From the sequence record NC_041916.1: a stretch of DNA of 64,000 nt; one strand, 5' to 3'. The position numbers were made by a program, and so were the translations under genes. This document shows, one piece after another, positions 1-9,473 of the stretch. The first letter of the stretch is position 1. Every line of letters begins with the position of its first letter. Under the pieces are notes generated by a model. It was given only the letters and a program-made list of their open reading frames with translations. It was not told the DNA's origin and did not search any database.

Positions 1-901
1 GTTTCTCTACACGACGGTTATTAGAACGGTCCTTAAGACGCTCTGAGCGCACTTCGATGTTCTTTACTATAGAACCCGGAGGAGCGTAGAACTTAATGTC
101 ATAGAGACGGTCAGGGCGCATAAGCGCTTTCTTAGTTAATGACACTAAAGCAGAGTGAGTATCACGTCGACGGAACGCCATCACCAAACCATCGTCACGA
201 ACACGCTCACCATTCTCAGGGAAGGCTTTCGGATTATCCAATGTACCATATAGGTTAACTGGAATGTATTCCGCTTCGTTCCAACTGAACTTACGAATGT
301 GTTCGAACATCACCATGAGACGGTCTAGGTAATCGTCACGCACCATAATACCATCTTCTTCGGTTGCAGGCAGGGTCATACCCGCTACCATGGTCTCAAG
401 ACCGAACTTCCATTCTCCGGTGTCACTGATGCCCGGTGATTTAGCAAACAACTCACCTTTAGCGTAAGTCGCACCTTTACGGAGACGGTTCAACATTTCC
501 TTTTCATAAACGTACTCAAAACCCACGTAGAAGTTATGGGTATGATACTTAGGCAAGTGCAGTACGTCGTAACGTTGCATGTCAGCGTCAAAGTACACTA
601 CGTGGATGGTTCCCCAGTCATCAGTATGGGCTTCGTTAGAGTTGATGGATTTACGATACACCACCAATTCAACTTCCATATTACATGGGGCTACGATTTT
701 ACGGGCATGGTCACCGTATTGACGTTCAAAACCAGAGGTGATTCGGCGGTTAGTGATACCTTTAGCACGACATGATTTAGAGATCATGTTACCCGCCATG
801 TACTTACGGGCAGCAGCTACGTTGTGTGGCGAAACGCTGAGGTTGATACCCACACTGCACACTTCCGGCAAGATTTGGTTTTCAATTTTATAGATTTCCA
901 T
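1..901 (-). CDS. Non-virion RNA polymerase beta subunit, C-terminal half (phiKZ gp71-73-like); runs off the window edge
   Basis: Not in the ORF track because it is truncated. Manual translation from ATG at 901: MEIYKIENQILPEV...AAARKYMAGNMISKS (RpoB RALMGxNMQRQ-like)...TEEDGIMVRDDY (EDAIxxS-like)...PENGERVRDDGLVMAFR (GxxVxxGDxLVG-like). Its position downstream of the gp68/gp69/gp70-like genes matches phiKZ order. Confidence 0.85.
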   Translation of the reverse strand, partial: MEIYKIENQILPEVCSVGINLSVSPHNVAAARKYMAGNMISKSCRAKGITNRRITSGFERQYGDHARKIVAPCNMEVELVVYRKSINSNEAHTDDWGTIHVVYFDADMQRYDVLHLPKYHTHNFYVGFEYVYEKEMLNRLRKGATYAKGELFAKSPGISDTGEWKFGLETMVAGMTLPATEEDGIMVRDDYLDRLMVMFEHIRKFSWNEAEYIPVNLYGTLDNPKAFPENGERVRDDGLVMAFRRRDTHSALVSLTKKALMRPDRLYDIKFYAPPGSIVKNIEVRSERLKDRSNNRRVEK

Positions 902-934
902 TTGGACTACCCTTAGATATTTTAGGTTGGTTCA

Positions 935-958
935 CACCCTGATAATATAGGTTTGAAA
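935..958 (-). promoter_or_regulatory. Putative early (virion-RNAP) promoter
   Basis: Minus strand reads TTTCAAAC-CTATATTAT-CAGGGTG, one of six copies of the motif, about 35 nt upstream of the RNAP beta start. It resembles the phiKZ early consensus TATATTAC. Confidence 0.65.
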
Positions 959-970
959 AGGTATAGGAAA

Positions 971-1297
971 ATGGCTATAGATCTCCCCCCACCCATGGAT
1001 CATTTCTTTACAGAAGAATACCGAGTCATGGTACGCTCTAACAAAGAATATTTAGTTTCGGTTGCTGGTAGTTACCCGATTACGGACATCAGTTTCCAGC
1101 ACGCTCATCGATATGACTTCTATCGCTTAATTTTGGAATCGTTCAATGTTCCTCAACACATGCATTGGACTATTGCTTTCTTAAACGACATAGAAAACCC
1201 TAGCCAATACGTAGGTGATATGAAAGAAGTCCTAATAATCGACACGGCAGTTATTAATAAATTGATTCAGCGCAGTAACTTGGTTCGACAAAAATAA
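971..1297 (+). CDS. Small protein, possibly a T4 gp53/LysM-like baseplate component
   Basis: ATG at 971 follows an AGGA Shine-Dalgarno (the track start at 953 is TTG). The pattern RYDFYRLI..F.VP.HMHW.I..LN.I.NP..Y resembles gp53-like proteins. A terminator hairpin follows. Confidence 0.45.
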   Translation: MAIDLPPPMDHFFTEEYRVMVRSNKEYLVSVAGSYPITDISFQHAHRYDFYRLILESFNVPQHMHWTIAFLNDIENPSQYVGDMKEVLIIDTAVINKLIQRSNLVRQK

Positions 1298-1307
1298 AAC
1301 TAATATG

Positions 1308-1340
1308 AGATGCCTACCCCCGGTAAGGGGGTAGGTGTCT
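1308..1340. terminator. Hairpin between convergent genes
   Basis: AGATGCCTACCCCC-GGTAA-GGGGGTAGGTGTCT, a 14-bp stem with G-U pairs, between the stop codons at 1297 and 1343. Confidence 0.7.
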
Positions 1341-1342
1341 AT

Positions 1343-1963
1343 TTAAGGTAACATGGTTTCAAGATCTAAGTCGAAGGTAATGAACTCCGGCTCTAGAGAA
1401 GTGTTGAGACCAATGCGTGGATAGAAACGGAATGACGTTTCTTTATCTTCAATCCATTTCTCAACGATGTGCGCCAGTGGACCGTGTGGAACAAAGTCAA
1501 CACGAAGTCCTTGACTGGTCAAACGAATTTCCAGTATCTTGGCACCGATGAGGTTTTCATCCACATTAAAGTAGTTACGAATCATGTCCCCGTAACCCTT
1601 AATGCCTTTCTTAGTTTGTTCGTAGTAGATGTAGTCGATAGGTGGGATGTAACCCAAAGAGGCAAGGAACTCACCATCGGCTAACGTACGCTTAACGCTT
1701 TCTACGATGTCTTTGGCACGCACACCTGCTCGGTCCATTTCACTCACGGTTGCTGCCATAATCGAATAAGCGGCGTTTGGTTGGTCTGGGTCCAGTGGAG
1801 TAGGACGATAGCCCGGATTGCGTTTGATCGCCACAGGTGGGTTTTCTTCGTAGAACTTATCCCAATCGAATGGGTCGTGGATAGCCAATTCTTTCAAATA
1901 AACTTCCACTTCGGCTTCGCTAAGATTACGGATTTCTTCACCCGTCAGTTTCTTAAATGCCAT
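1343..1963 (-). CDS. Hypothetical protein (206 aa)
   Basis: Long ORF with GGAG SD upstream, bounded by hairpins on both sides; no recognisable motif. Confidence 0.75.
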   Translation of the reverse strand: MAFKKLTGEEIRNLSEAEVEVYLKELAIHDPFDWDKFYEENPPVAIKRNPGYRPTPLDPDQPNAAYSIMAATVSEMDRAGVRAKDIVESVKRTLADGEFLASLGYIPPIDYIYYEQTKKGIKGYGDMIRNYFNVDENLIGAKILEIRLTSQGLRVDFVPHGPLAHIVEKWIEDKETSFRFYPRIGLNTSLEPEFITFDLDLETMLP

Positions 1964-1993
1964 GATAAAATCTCCAAAAGTTAAATAAAGTGC

Positions 1994-2011
1994 CGTCCCC
2001 TTTCGAGGACG
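1994..2011 (-). terminator. Rho-independent terminator
   Basis: Minus strand CGTCCTC-GAAA-GGGGACG followed by a T-rich stretch, just after the 2021 stop. Confidence 0.6.
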
Positions 2012-2020
2012 ACCATTTAC

Positions 2021-3436
2021 TTATGACCAAGTGGTCGGGGTTTCAGTTGTTGGGTGGTATGTGTTCGCGCTGCTAACTTGATCAGCGTAAGTTGGTTGAC
2101 CCATGATCGCTGGATTCATAGTGCCTGCCAACATTGCTGCCATTTGCATTTGGTTCATGTTGTAACCGTAAGGGTTAGCGCCCGCCATACCCATACCCGC
2201 CATCATGGTAGATTCACGGCTTAAGAAGTTACCTTGACGAGAGTAACGGATTTGTACCGGACCTTGCATGGTCTGAACTGAGTGGATGAAGTGACCAGAC
2301 ATTGGGTCTTGAGTAACACCAATCCAAGTTTCACCCGGTTGTAGACCTGCTTTTACTTCGTTAACAAAACCGTTCGCCGCATTCGTTGCAGCATCCAGTC
2401 CACCTGTTGTGGTGGTTTGAACACTGGTAGGGCCGACGTTCGGTGTGATGTGAGACGTTTGGTTCATTAGGCTACCAACCATTTGGTGAGTCTGAACTTC
2501 GGTCTTCACTTCGTTGTTTGAAGATTGAGAGTTGTACGGCATTGGTGGAACCTGTTTGTAGATCACATCAATGTCTTCCAACATAGTAGAGTACGACGTA
2601 TCGATCTCGTAAACACCCACTTTATCAAATTCCGCACGGAATGTGTTTTGCAGGTTGTTCATGTCACTGATCATTGACGTGTACGTGTTCACAAATACCG
2701 AGAAACGAGCCGCTTCTGCTGATACTTGTTCTTGTTCATACGCCAATGGATCTTCCACACCCGGAAGTACGAAACGGAAGATTTCTTCAGCTACCACCAA
2801 TGCACCACGAGTAAATTCTTTACCCAGCAGTTTCACAGGACGGTTGTTTGCTTCACCTTCGGTACGAGTCAAACGACGAACCAGTTCGTTGTAGAACGGG
2901 AAGATAGGTTTACAGCTGTAGTAAATCTTATCGCCTGTCAGCTTACTACGACCGCCACGTTTAACATCGAAATGCACAAAACGACGGTCTACTGTATCAT
3001 CCGCTTCCATCTCCACGTTCATGTGGTCGAAGATTTGGATGACTTCTTTACGTTGGTTGGTCTTAGCCGTTTTAATGACTTCGATGCGTTCTAGCAAGTC
3101 ATTACGCAAGCCGCGTTTGGCTTTCTTATTCGCCACATCAAACAGCACAGGTGCAAACTTCTTAAAGTGAGTCAGAATTTGAAGACCTGCCATTTTACGG
3201 ATGATGCGGAAGATTTCAGTTTCTTTAGAGATGATAGACTCACACGCAGGGTGGAAGAATACTTTCTCAGTAGTGTCTGATTCCAACGCAGAGGTAAACG
3301 GTAGGTAAACGTCCATGTCATCCAAACGGATTGGGTAACGGTTACCATCCAGTTCCAAGTAAAGCTTGCCGTCTTCATCGTGGCCGGCATTCCATGTACG
3401 TGTAATTGCAACGTACAGTTTATTCAGTTCATTCAT
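2021..3436 (-). CDS. Conserved Chimalliviridae protein, positional equivalent of phiKZ gp70, with a low-complexity C-terminal tail
   Basis: 471-aa ORF directly downstream of the PicA-like gene; C-terminal ~70 aa rich in M/Q/N/G/A. Confidence 0.7.
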   Translation of the reverse strand: MNELNKLYVAITRTWNAGHDEDGKLYLELDGNRYPIRLDDMDVYLPFTSALESDTTEKVFFHPACESIISKETEIFRIIRKMAGLQILTHFKKFAPVLFDVANKKAKRGLRNDLLERIEVIKTAKTNQRKEVIQIFDHMNVEMEADDTVDRRFVHFDVKRGGRSKLTGDKIYYSCKPIFPFYNELVRRLTRTEGEANNRPVKLLGKEFTRGALVVAEEIFRFVLPGVEDPLAYEQEQVSAEAARFSVFVNTYTSMISDMNNLQNTFRAEFDKVGVYEIDTSYSTMLEDIDVIYKQVPPMPYNSQSSNNEVKTEVQTHQMVGSLMNQTSHITPNVGPTSVQTTTTGGLDAATNAANGFVNEVKAGLQPGETWIGVTQDPMSGHFIHSVQTMQGPVQIRYSRQGNFLSRESTMMAGMGMAGANPYGYNMNQMQMAAMLAGTMNPAIMGQPTYADQVSSANTYHPTTETPTTWS

Positions 3437-3528
3437 CAGGAAATTTCCTTAAAGTTATATTGATCAATGTTGGTGGGTGGAAGTCGTGGTCTTAGAGCGC
3501 GCTTTCTTTAACCACGACCAAAGAGTGT

Positions 3529-4995
3529 TTAGAAGTTCATGTAATCGACTAGGTTCGAGTAGAAGCCCGATACCGACTGTCCCAAACCTTGGGTAGTTAC
3601 CAATGTAGGGTCGAAACGGTTACCTGCCATAGTACCAAACACTTCAGTATGGATACTGTTCTCGTTACCAGATAGGAAAACCTTAACTTCGGTTTCACCA
3701 AATAGTGACGCGTTGATTTCCAAATCGACAATAGTACGCTCATGGATGAGTGCAGAGTTGTATTTGATGTAGAAGTTACTTAGGAAAGCTTCCACACCAG
3801 CTACCACGTTGTATTGCCAATCTGGGTCTTTAGATGCGATAGGAGCCGATTCACCAAGTTGGTAAATCACCGGAAGACCGTTTACGTTAATTTGACCCAT
3901 GCCATCATTCACGTTGTTACTTGCACGAATGTGGAAGTAAGACAGACGGAAATCGTTCATCATCGCATTTGACAGGTTGTTAAGCTCAGAACAAATGAGG
4001 GTCTCGTAAGTAGAACCATTCATTTGGTTCGTACTGTAACGGTGGTCGATTACGTTGAATGAATCGGTGTCTGTCAACGTAACGTTAGTTACTTGACCGA
4101 AGTTTTCAAACACCGTTGCAATTTCGCCAAGAGTGAAACCATCGAAGTTAGTCATTTGAACATAGCCCAAAGTACGACGCATGACTTTGATGAACGGGTT
4201 TTGTTCTAACGAAATTTCTTTGATGTTGTTCGCACCGGTCGCTGAACAGATAGCTGAGTATCGGTCACCAGTGTATTCACGTTCGAACGATGCCGTAGTT
4301 GCTGCGGTAAGAATGGTCTCAGCGTAATCTACTGTAGAGTTGTTGGCTGACTTAGAGATGTTCATACCGATGTTAGACAACAAACCAGAAGTCGTACCAC
4401 CGAATCCATCCAGAGCACCGCCCGGCATGTCTTCGTTATCAAACGCTGCAAGCGCTGATGCAGAGTTCACCACATCCATAGGACGGACGGTATGCAGACC
4501 TTGAATGCTGTTGTCGTTCAACAAGAAGTTACCGGCTTGGTTTAGACGACGTGTTTCAACTGGGAAGCCTGCACCATTCAAAGAAGCTTGGGTTTCCATC
4601 AACCACATCTTAACTGGGACGAACTTAATGTCCGGCGGAAGTTGTCCACCTGCCATGGTTACCGAACCACCGTGCAGGTAACCGTATACCGTTAGGGTTT
4701 GCGATTGAACTGGAGAAGCACCTGTGATTTCAAATTCCAAAGTAGCCAGACCGCGAGAGGTAGCCCAACCATCTTCGATGTAAGCGTTACCGCCAGATTG
4801 AGTTGCAACACCACCTGAGCGAGCTGCGATGGTGTGCATTTCTACCGGTGCCACTTTACTTGTAGAACCAAGACGAGCTGCTAAGAGTTCGTTCATGTCA
4901 GTCGCATCTACGTTTACGGCATGTGCACGTAATTGGTGATCTTGGTACGAGTTAGATAGACCAATAACAGATTGCGTTAGTGTAAGAGTTGCCAT
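3529..4995 (-). CDS. picA: Phage-nucleus protein import factor PicA/Imp1 (phiKZ gp69-like)
   Basis: 488 aa, immediately downstream of the gp68-like gene, as phiKZ gp69 is. The N-terminal SYQDHQLR...IEDGW..SR...F...VYGY pattern fits my recollection of the family. Synteny is the main evidence. Confidence 0.7.
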   Translation of the reverse strand: MATLTLTQSVIGLSNSYQDHQLRAHAVNVDATDMNELLAARLGSTSKVAPVEMHTIAARSGGVATQSGGNAYIEDGWATSRGLATLEFEITGASPVQSQTLTVYGYLHGGSVTMAGGQLPPDIKFVPVKMWLMETQASLNGAGFPVETRRLNQAGNFLLNDNSIQGLHTVRPMDVVNSASALAAFDNEDMPGGALDGFGGTTSGLLSNIGMNISKSANNSTVDYAETILTAATTASFEREYTGDRYSAICSATGANNIKEISLEQNPFIKVMRRTLGYVQMTNFDGFTLGEIATVFENFGQVTNVTLTDTDSFNVIDHRYSTNQMNGSTYETLICSELNNLSNAMMNDFRLSYFHIRASNNVNDGMGQINVNGLPVIYQLGESAPIASKDPDWQYNVVAGVEAFLSNFYIKYNSALIHERTIVDLEINASLFGETEVKVFLSGNENSIHTEVFGTMAGNRFDPTLVTTQGLGQSVSGFYSNLVDYMNF

Positions 4996-5048
4996 GGTTA
5001 TGTTCCTTTTTTTGATTCGTTTATAGTAAACGTTTGATAATAGATAAA

Positions 5049-6623
5049 TTAAGAGTTGACTTCTTTAACTAAGTCTAAGAATTCCTGTTTAAGTGAACGG
5101 TCAAGTTCAACTTCAAAGAAATCGCCTTGGTCCGCATTTCGCATGACCGATTCATCGTCCAACATGCCATCTTCGATGATAGAAGACCACTGTCCGTTAC
5201 CAAGTTCTTTTAGGAACTCATTAACAGCAATGACTGCTTCGTTGTCCGTTGATAAACCAGATGTGCCTCGGTACACCGCACAAAGACTCTCCAACATTTC
5301 TTTGTCCGCTGCATCTAACGCGAAAATTTCATCCGTTAGACTGCGAGGTTGTTCTGGGTCGTAAACTGTACATACTAAGGTCGCCAGCTTGGTATAGCCC
5401 ATCTCATGCAACTTAACCGTCGCCATGGACATTGCTGCCATCAGTTGATCATGATCTAACGACAAGTAAATGTTGTAAGAAATGTCTTCTGAGAACGCCA
5501 GCTGGAGTAGCTTAAAGATATGGGGTTGCAGTTCGAATTCCCAGTTACTCGGGATTTGATCGTACACCCATTCCGCTAAGCGAGGGTTTTTAATCTTCAG
5601 CCCCATGCAAGGGATGTCAAAGATGCCATCGGTGAGACGACGGTCAGTGTTGTCATACATTCCCATAGAGAAGTATTCACCGTGAGCTTCTTCATCCGCT
5701 GAACTTACTTCTTCTTTAAGGAAGTAAATTTCGTAGAGACTGCGCTTTTCATTCATTTCATCTTTGGTCGTCAGACGTTTCTCACGAATACGAGACGAAG
5801 GTGCGGAGTACTGCTTCGCTACGGAATACAGTGACTTAGCGATGTTCTTCGAATTGTCTTTCGATGGAATGTGGGTAGAACCCAGACGACTAAAGAGAGC
5901 CGAATAGAAAGCATGGTTCACGTAAGAGTCTTCAGAGATCAAAGACAACTGTAGTGAGTTTACGCCGTTGCTGGAATAGAAGTAGTTCATGTAGTTACGG
6001 ATTTTGTTCCAACCATGGTGGTTAACGAACACATCCATATCTTTGAACAGTCCTGCGGTTACCACTTCTTTATATTCGTCACCGGTGATCTCTTTGGCTT
6101 TCTGCATCATGCCAGAGAAAATCGGAAAACATGGACGCATTAATAAAGCAAGTTCCGCTATCTGTTCATATTCCGTTGGGTTAATGGTTTGTTCAGCGTG
6201 GTATTCTCCTCGTGCCACGGTTTCCTTTAATCCTTTCGGTGGAGCACATACACCAGATTGCTTTAGGAAGTACGTGAAGTTACGTAAATCCACAACCTGA
6301 TAGATCTCTCTTACAATAGGTGTAAGACGTTCCACCAAGAAACGGTAGTCACGGTGGTTTCGTAATAAGTCGTCATCGATACCTTGCGCTTCGGCAAAAT
6401 TCGGGTCTAAGATGGACTTGGCTTTACGAAACAAATTGAACAATTCTTTTTGTTTGGTTTCAGATAACGAAGAAAAATATTCATTAACTGTTTCAAATAA
6501 ATCATCCTTGGTGGTACCACAATGAGTCTTGGAATGGGCAGCGAAGTTAACCGACTCTTCCCCGTGAGTTACGACCACACCTTTGAATTGTGATATGGTG
6601 GCATTGGTAATAGCGATTTCCAT
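5049..6623 (-). CDS. Non-virion RNA polymerase promoter-specificity subunit (phiKZ gp68-like)
   Basis: 524 aa, close to the size of gp68. Predicted largely helical, lies between the ChmC-like and PicA-like genes and has its own promoter motif. Confidence 0.75.
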   Translation of the reverse strand: MEIAITNATISQFKGVVVTHGEESVNFAAHSKTHCGTTKDDLFETVNEYFSSLSETKQKELFNLFRKAKSILDPNFAEAQGIDDDLLRNHRDYRFLVERLTPIVREIYQVVDLRNFTYFLKQSGVCAPPKGLKETVARGEYHAEQTINPTEYEQIAELALLMRPCFPIFSGMMQKAKEITGDEYKEVVTAGLFKDMDVFVNHHGWNKIRNYMNYFYSSNGVNSLQLSLISEDSYVNHAFYSALFSRLGSTHIPSKDNSKNIAKSLYSVAKQYSAPSSRIREKRLTTKDEMNEKRSLYEIYFLKEEVSSADEEAHGEYFSMGMYDNTDRRLTDGIFDIPCMGLKIKNPRLAEWVYDQIPSNWEFELQPHIFKLLQLAFSEDISYNIYLSLDHDQLMAAMSMATVKLHEMGYTKLATLVCTVYDPEQPRSLTDEIFALDAADKEMLESLCAVYRGTSGLSTDNEAVIAVNEFLKELGNGQWSSIIEDGMLDDESVMRNADQGDFFEVELDRSLKQEFLDLVKEVNS

Positions 6624-6643
6624 TTTTTATCTCCTATGGATTA

Positions 6644-6667
6644 CACCAAGATAATATAGATTTAAAA
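6644..6667 (-). promoter_or_regulatory. Putative early promoter
   Basis: Minus strand TTTTAAAT-CTATATTAT-CTTGGTG, about 20 nt upstream of the AGGAG SD/ATG at 6623. Confidence 0.65.
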
Positions 6668-6689
6668 TAATTTAACGACATATAAAGCC

Positions 6690-6715
6690 GGGGAGAGGTC
6701 GTGAGACCCCTCCCT
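6690..6715 (-). terminator. Terminator after the ChmC-like gene
   Basis: GC-rich stem GGGGAGAGGTC/GACCCCTCCCT with a 4-nt loop, just after the 6734 stop. Confidence 0.6.
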
Positions 6716-6733
6716 GAATTTTTGTTGTGTAAC

Positions 6734-7471
6734 TTAGAACGGGATATCGTCGTACTCATCGCCGCCTGAGTCACCCCAACCGCCATTGCCGCCGCCATTG
6801 CCGCCGTTGTTACCATTGTTGTTATTACCGTTACCGCCCCAGTTGTTGTTACCACCACCGTTGCCGTTCTTAGGTTTTGGCGGTTGGTAGTTTTCGTCTT
6901 CTTTCTGGTCTAGGAATTTACGCACACGGTTAACGTAAGAACGAACCCAGATTTGAGACATGCGACCAGCGCCTGAAACCCACTCACCGTTTTCGAAGAA
7001 GTTAAGTTCAGAGAATCCCGGACGGTCAAACGTGAACAGGATTTTGTAATCACCACGAGAGTAGCCTAGTGAGATAACACCTTGTTGGTCACGGATGATA
7101 GTGAACTGACCTTGAGCGATAGGTTGGTCAGACATTTTAGATTGACCGTTTTGACGAACGAATGAACGTTTCTTAACGGTGTACTGCGCTTTAGTGAACG
7201 TTGGGTCAGATGCCGCTTCCAGTAGCAGTTCAAAGATTGCATTACGGTCGCCGTAACCCATTTCACATTCTTTCTTTTTGTACGCTTGCTGATCGTTAGG
7301 GTTGTAACGTTTGTCATCAGCTTTAAAAAGAATCTTGCCGTTGTTCGCGATTTCCCACAGCATTTGACCCGGGAACTTAGCACCTTCTACTGGTTGTAGT
7401 GTGGTAGGGTGCACACCGTAGAAATCGTTGAAAATAGTTTTTTGACGAGCGTTGCCTTGAGGTTGTGACAT
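6734..7471 (-). CDS. chmC: ChmC-like nucleic-acid-binding protein (phiKZ gp67/Imp6 position) with an N/G-rich tail ending in DDIPF
   Basis: 245 aa directly upstream of the gp68-like gene: a beta-rich core plus a disordered Asn/Gly tail (NGNGGGNNNWGGNGNNNNG...), as described for ChmC. The C-terminus is GDEYDDIPF. Confidence 0.65.
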   Translation of the reverse strand: MSQPQGNARQKTIFNDFYGVHPTTLQPVEGAKFPGQMLWEIANNGKILFKADDKRYNPNDQQAYKKKECEMGYGDRNAIFELLLEAASDPTFTKAQYTVKKRSFVRQNGQSKMSDQPIAQGQFTIIRDQQGVISLGYSRGDYKILFTFDRPGFSELNFFENGEWVSGAGRMSQIWVRSYVNRVRKFLDQKEDENYQPPKPKNGNGGGNNNWGGNGNNNNGNNGGNGGGNGGWGDSGGDEYDDIPF

Positions 7472-7541
7472 AATAGTGCCTTATTGAATTTGTTTGATTA
7501 AAAAATGTTTTGTGCTAATAGTAGGACACTCTGGTGAAAAG

Positions 7542-8330
7542 TTACCAGAACAGCAAGAGGCCTTTTTGATCCACACCAGTTAAGTAGGTGGAGATGGAAT
7601 TACGACATCGTTGCGGGGTGGTCGCTGAGGTCCAATTAGCTTTCTCAGCTAAGTCTTTCACGAGTTTCTTGATTCCGGCTTTCTGCCCAAAGAAGTTCGT
7701 AGACTTATCTCCGAAGACCTGAATGGTCATTCGGTTTAACGGAATGTTTTCATTACCGCTACCGGTGAGTTTTGTGTACCACATCAAATAAGGTTTCACA
7801 GCACCCGTTTGGGATTCCAATAGGTTGAGTCGAGACCACGCATCCGTCAACACTAAGTCGACCACATGGTGGGTGATCACCAACCCCTTCCCTTTGAAAT
7901 CCGGCATACCGCAGTCTGTTAGTGTCACAAGACTTGGGTACTCTTTAATAAAAGCTTTAGCGACGCCTTCCAATAACGCGTTTAACGTCTTTTGTTTATC
8001 CGTGCGAGGGGCCCATAGATCAGCGTGCGGGAACTTCGATTTCATGGATTTGTACGACGGGTAGTAAATTTCCACGTGTACGGCTTTACGTGGAGAAATC
8101 TCCGCTAAAGAAGAAGCGATGATCTTCACATCTTCCAGTAAAGCTGCTGATAAGGAATCCATGTCATTCGCCAATGGGTCATCGCTCGAATAAGCATTAT
8201 GAACGTTACGAACCAAAGTACGTAGGTTAATCAACAACGTATCGGCCAACGGAATCGCGTGTTTGGCTTCCTCCGTTTCAAACGCCATGGATGTCCCGTA
8301 GGACATCCCTAGTTCACCTAGTTCTCTCAT
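7542..8330 (-). CDS. Conserved protein, putative PIN/5'-3' exonuclease-like fold (phiKZ gp66 position)
   Basis: 262 aa overlapping the SbcD stop. Motifs LLINLRTLVRN, IYYPSY and LVITHHVVDL loosely resemble FEN/T4 RNase H acidic motifs. Confidence 0.45.
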   Translation of the reverse strand: MRELGELGMSYGTSMAFETEEAKHAIPLADTLLINLRTLVRNVHNAYSSDDPLANDMDSLSAALLEDVKIIASSLAEISPRKAVHVEIYYPSYKSMKSKFPHADLWAPRTDKQKTLNALLEGVAKAFIKEYPSLVTLTDCGMPDFKGKGLVITHHVVDLVLTDAWSRLNLLESQTGAVKPYLMWYTKLTGSGNENIPLNRMTIQVFGDKSTNFFGQKAGIKKLVKDLAEKANWTSATTPQRCRNSISTYLTGVDQKGLLLFW

Positions 8331-9469
8331 AAGAACTCCTTCAATAATTCCGCAGTTTCATCAATCTCTTTTACGGTGTATTTTTCTGAGTCGGTCATGA
8401 ACTGTCTTAAATGATCAGTGTAGTTATGTTCATTAAGGTCCACGCCTTCATACGTCAGATCATTCACCGTATCCAGAGCGATCTCTTTTTCCATTTGACT
8501 GGAAGCATCCACGTCGAAGAACAAATCAGGGTACGTACCCTGTAGGTATTCTGCGACTCCTTTAATCAACCCACCGTTTCTACCACGAATTTGTATACGC
8601 GATTTAGGTCGAGGTGATTTCAACTGTATTACTTGGTTGACACGGTCCAATAAATCATCGTTGGTGTCTTCCGGATGTTGAAGGACACGGTAATAAGGAA
8701 GGGCGTTCTTATTTTCCCAGAATTTGGTTTCCGCGTAATCCGAAGCAGGGTCCCACCAAAACTCATACCCGCCTTTAGGGTGCTCCTCCCCATGACGTGT
8801 GCGGTCAAACGAACCACTGACTCGAATCTTCCCATACTCCGAAGGAATGTGTACGTGACCAGCAAAGATGTTGCGTTTCACGATGGTTTGCCATTTCACT
8901 TCGGAATGAGAGTGTTTGCTAAATTTAAGCGGGATTTGATACTCAAAGGCTCCATGGAACCAGACGTAGTCTACTTTGTCCACGCCGTTATCCGTTAACA
9001 ACTTGAGAGTGCGGTCCCAAATAGTATCAGGACTCACACCACCCATGTTGTCGGGAACGTAGATCATATCTATCCCTAACTCGTCGATGCGTTCGTAAGA
9101 AAGCTCTTTCACCCATTTAAGGTTAAGACCTTCCGGACACTGAACAATGAAGTTCTCTGGCTGTTCACGGTCGTGTGACGATGTACCTTCAAGCACCCTC
9201 ACAATCACGTTGTGCTTCAAACATTCCAATAAGAAATCACGTATCCAGTGTTGAGTCAAACGCATGTCCGGGTGAGACGTATCTACAAGACGATCATAGA
9301 AGTCCCCACCAAACACGACGAGGTCCACTTCTTCCAGATTGTGGCTACGAGTCAAGAACTGGCTCGCGTTGTACAACACATGTTGCGTTGGTGTATTGTT
9401 GTGCAGTGTGTGTTGGTCACTAAACCACAACCCAAAAAAGCGGTCATTTTGCATAAATTTATTATCCAA
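8327..9469 (-). CDS. sbcD: SbcD/Mre11-like metallophosphoesterase DNA nuclease
   Basis: All five phosphoesterase motifs are present: FSDQH, GGDFYD, GTSSHD, FHG, AGHVH. Confidence 0.9.
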   Translation of the reverse strand: MDNKFMQNDRFFGLWFSDQHTLHNNTPTQHVLYNASQFLTRSHNLEEVDLVVFGGDFYDRLVDTSHPDMRLTQHWIRDFLLECLKHNVIVRVLEGTSSHDREQPENFIVQCPEGLNLKWVKELSYERIDELGIDMIYVPDNMGGVSPDTIWDRTLKLLTDNGVDKVDYVWFHGAFEYQIPLKFSKHSHSEVKWQTIVKRNIFAGHVHIPSEYGKIRVSGSFDRTRHGEEHPKGGYEFWWDPASDYAETKFWENKNALPYYRVLQHPEDTNDDLLDRVNQVIQLKSPRPKSRIQIRGRNGGLIKGVAEYLQGTYPDLFFDVDASSQMEKEIALDTVNDLTYEGVDLNEHNYTDHLRQFMTDSEKYTVKEIDETAELLKEFL

Positions 9470-9473
9470 CTAA

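Noticed and set aside
536-775. Plus-strand 79-aa ORF, and the many other short track ORFs antisense to or out of frame within long genes (e.g. 1469, 2643, 5056, 8675, 18005, 41427, 48423, 54788, 61193)
   Set aside because: They lie inside well-supported genes and lack SD signals and motifs; they are expected shadows of biased codon usage.
913-923. TTAGATATTTT seen near 913 and 34640, upstream of plus-strand genes
   Set aside because: Only two AT-rich copies at inconsistent distances from the start codons; not enough to call a late or middle promoter.
6734-6870. GCC/GTT trinucleotide-like repeats
   Set aside because: Fully explained by the Gly/Asn-rich coding tail.
8327-9469. SbcD with GTSSHD in place of GNHD and no adjacent SbcC
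   Set aside because: To my recollection this variant and a separately located SMC partner are usual in phiKZ-like phages; not evidence of novelty.
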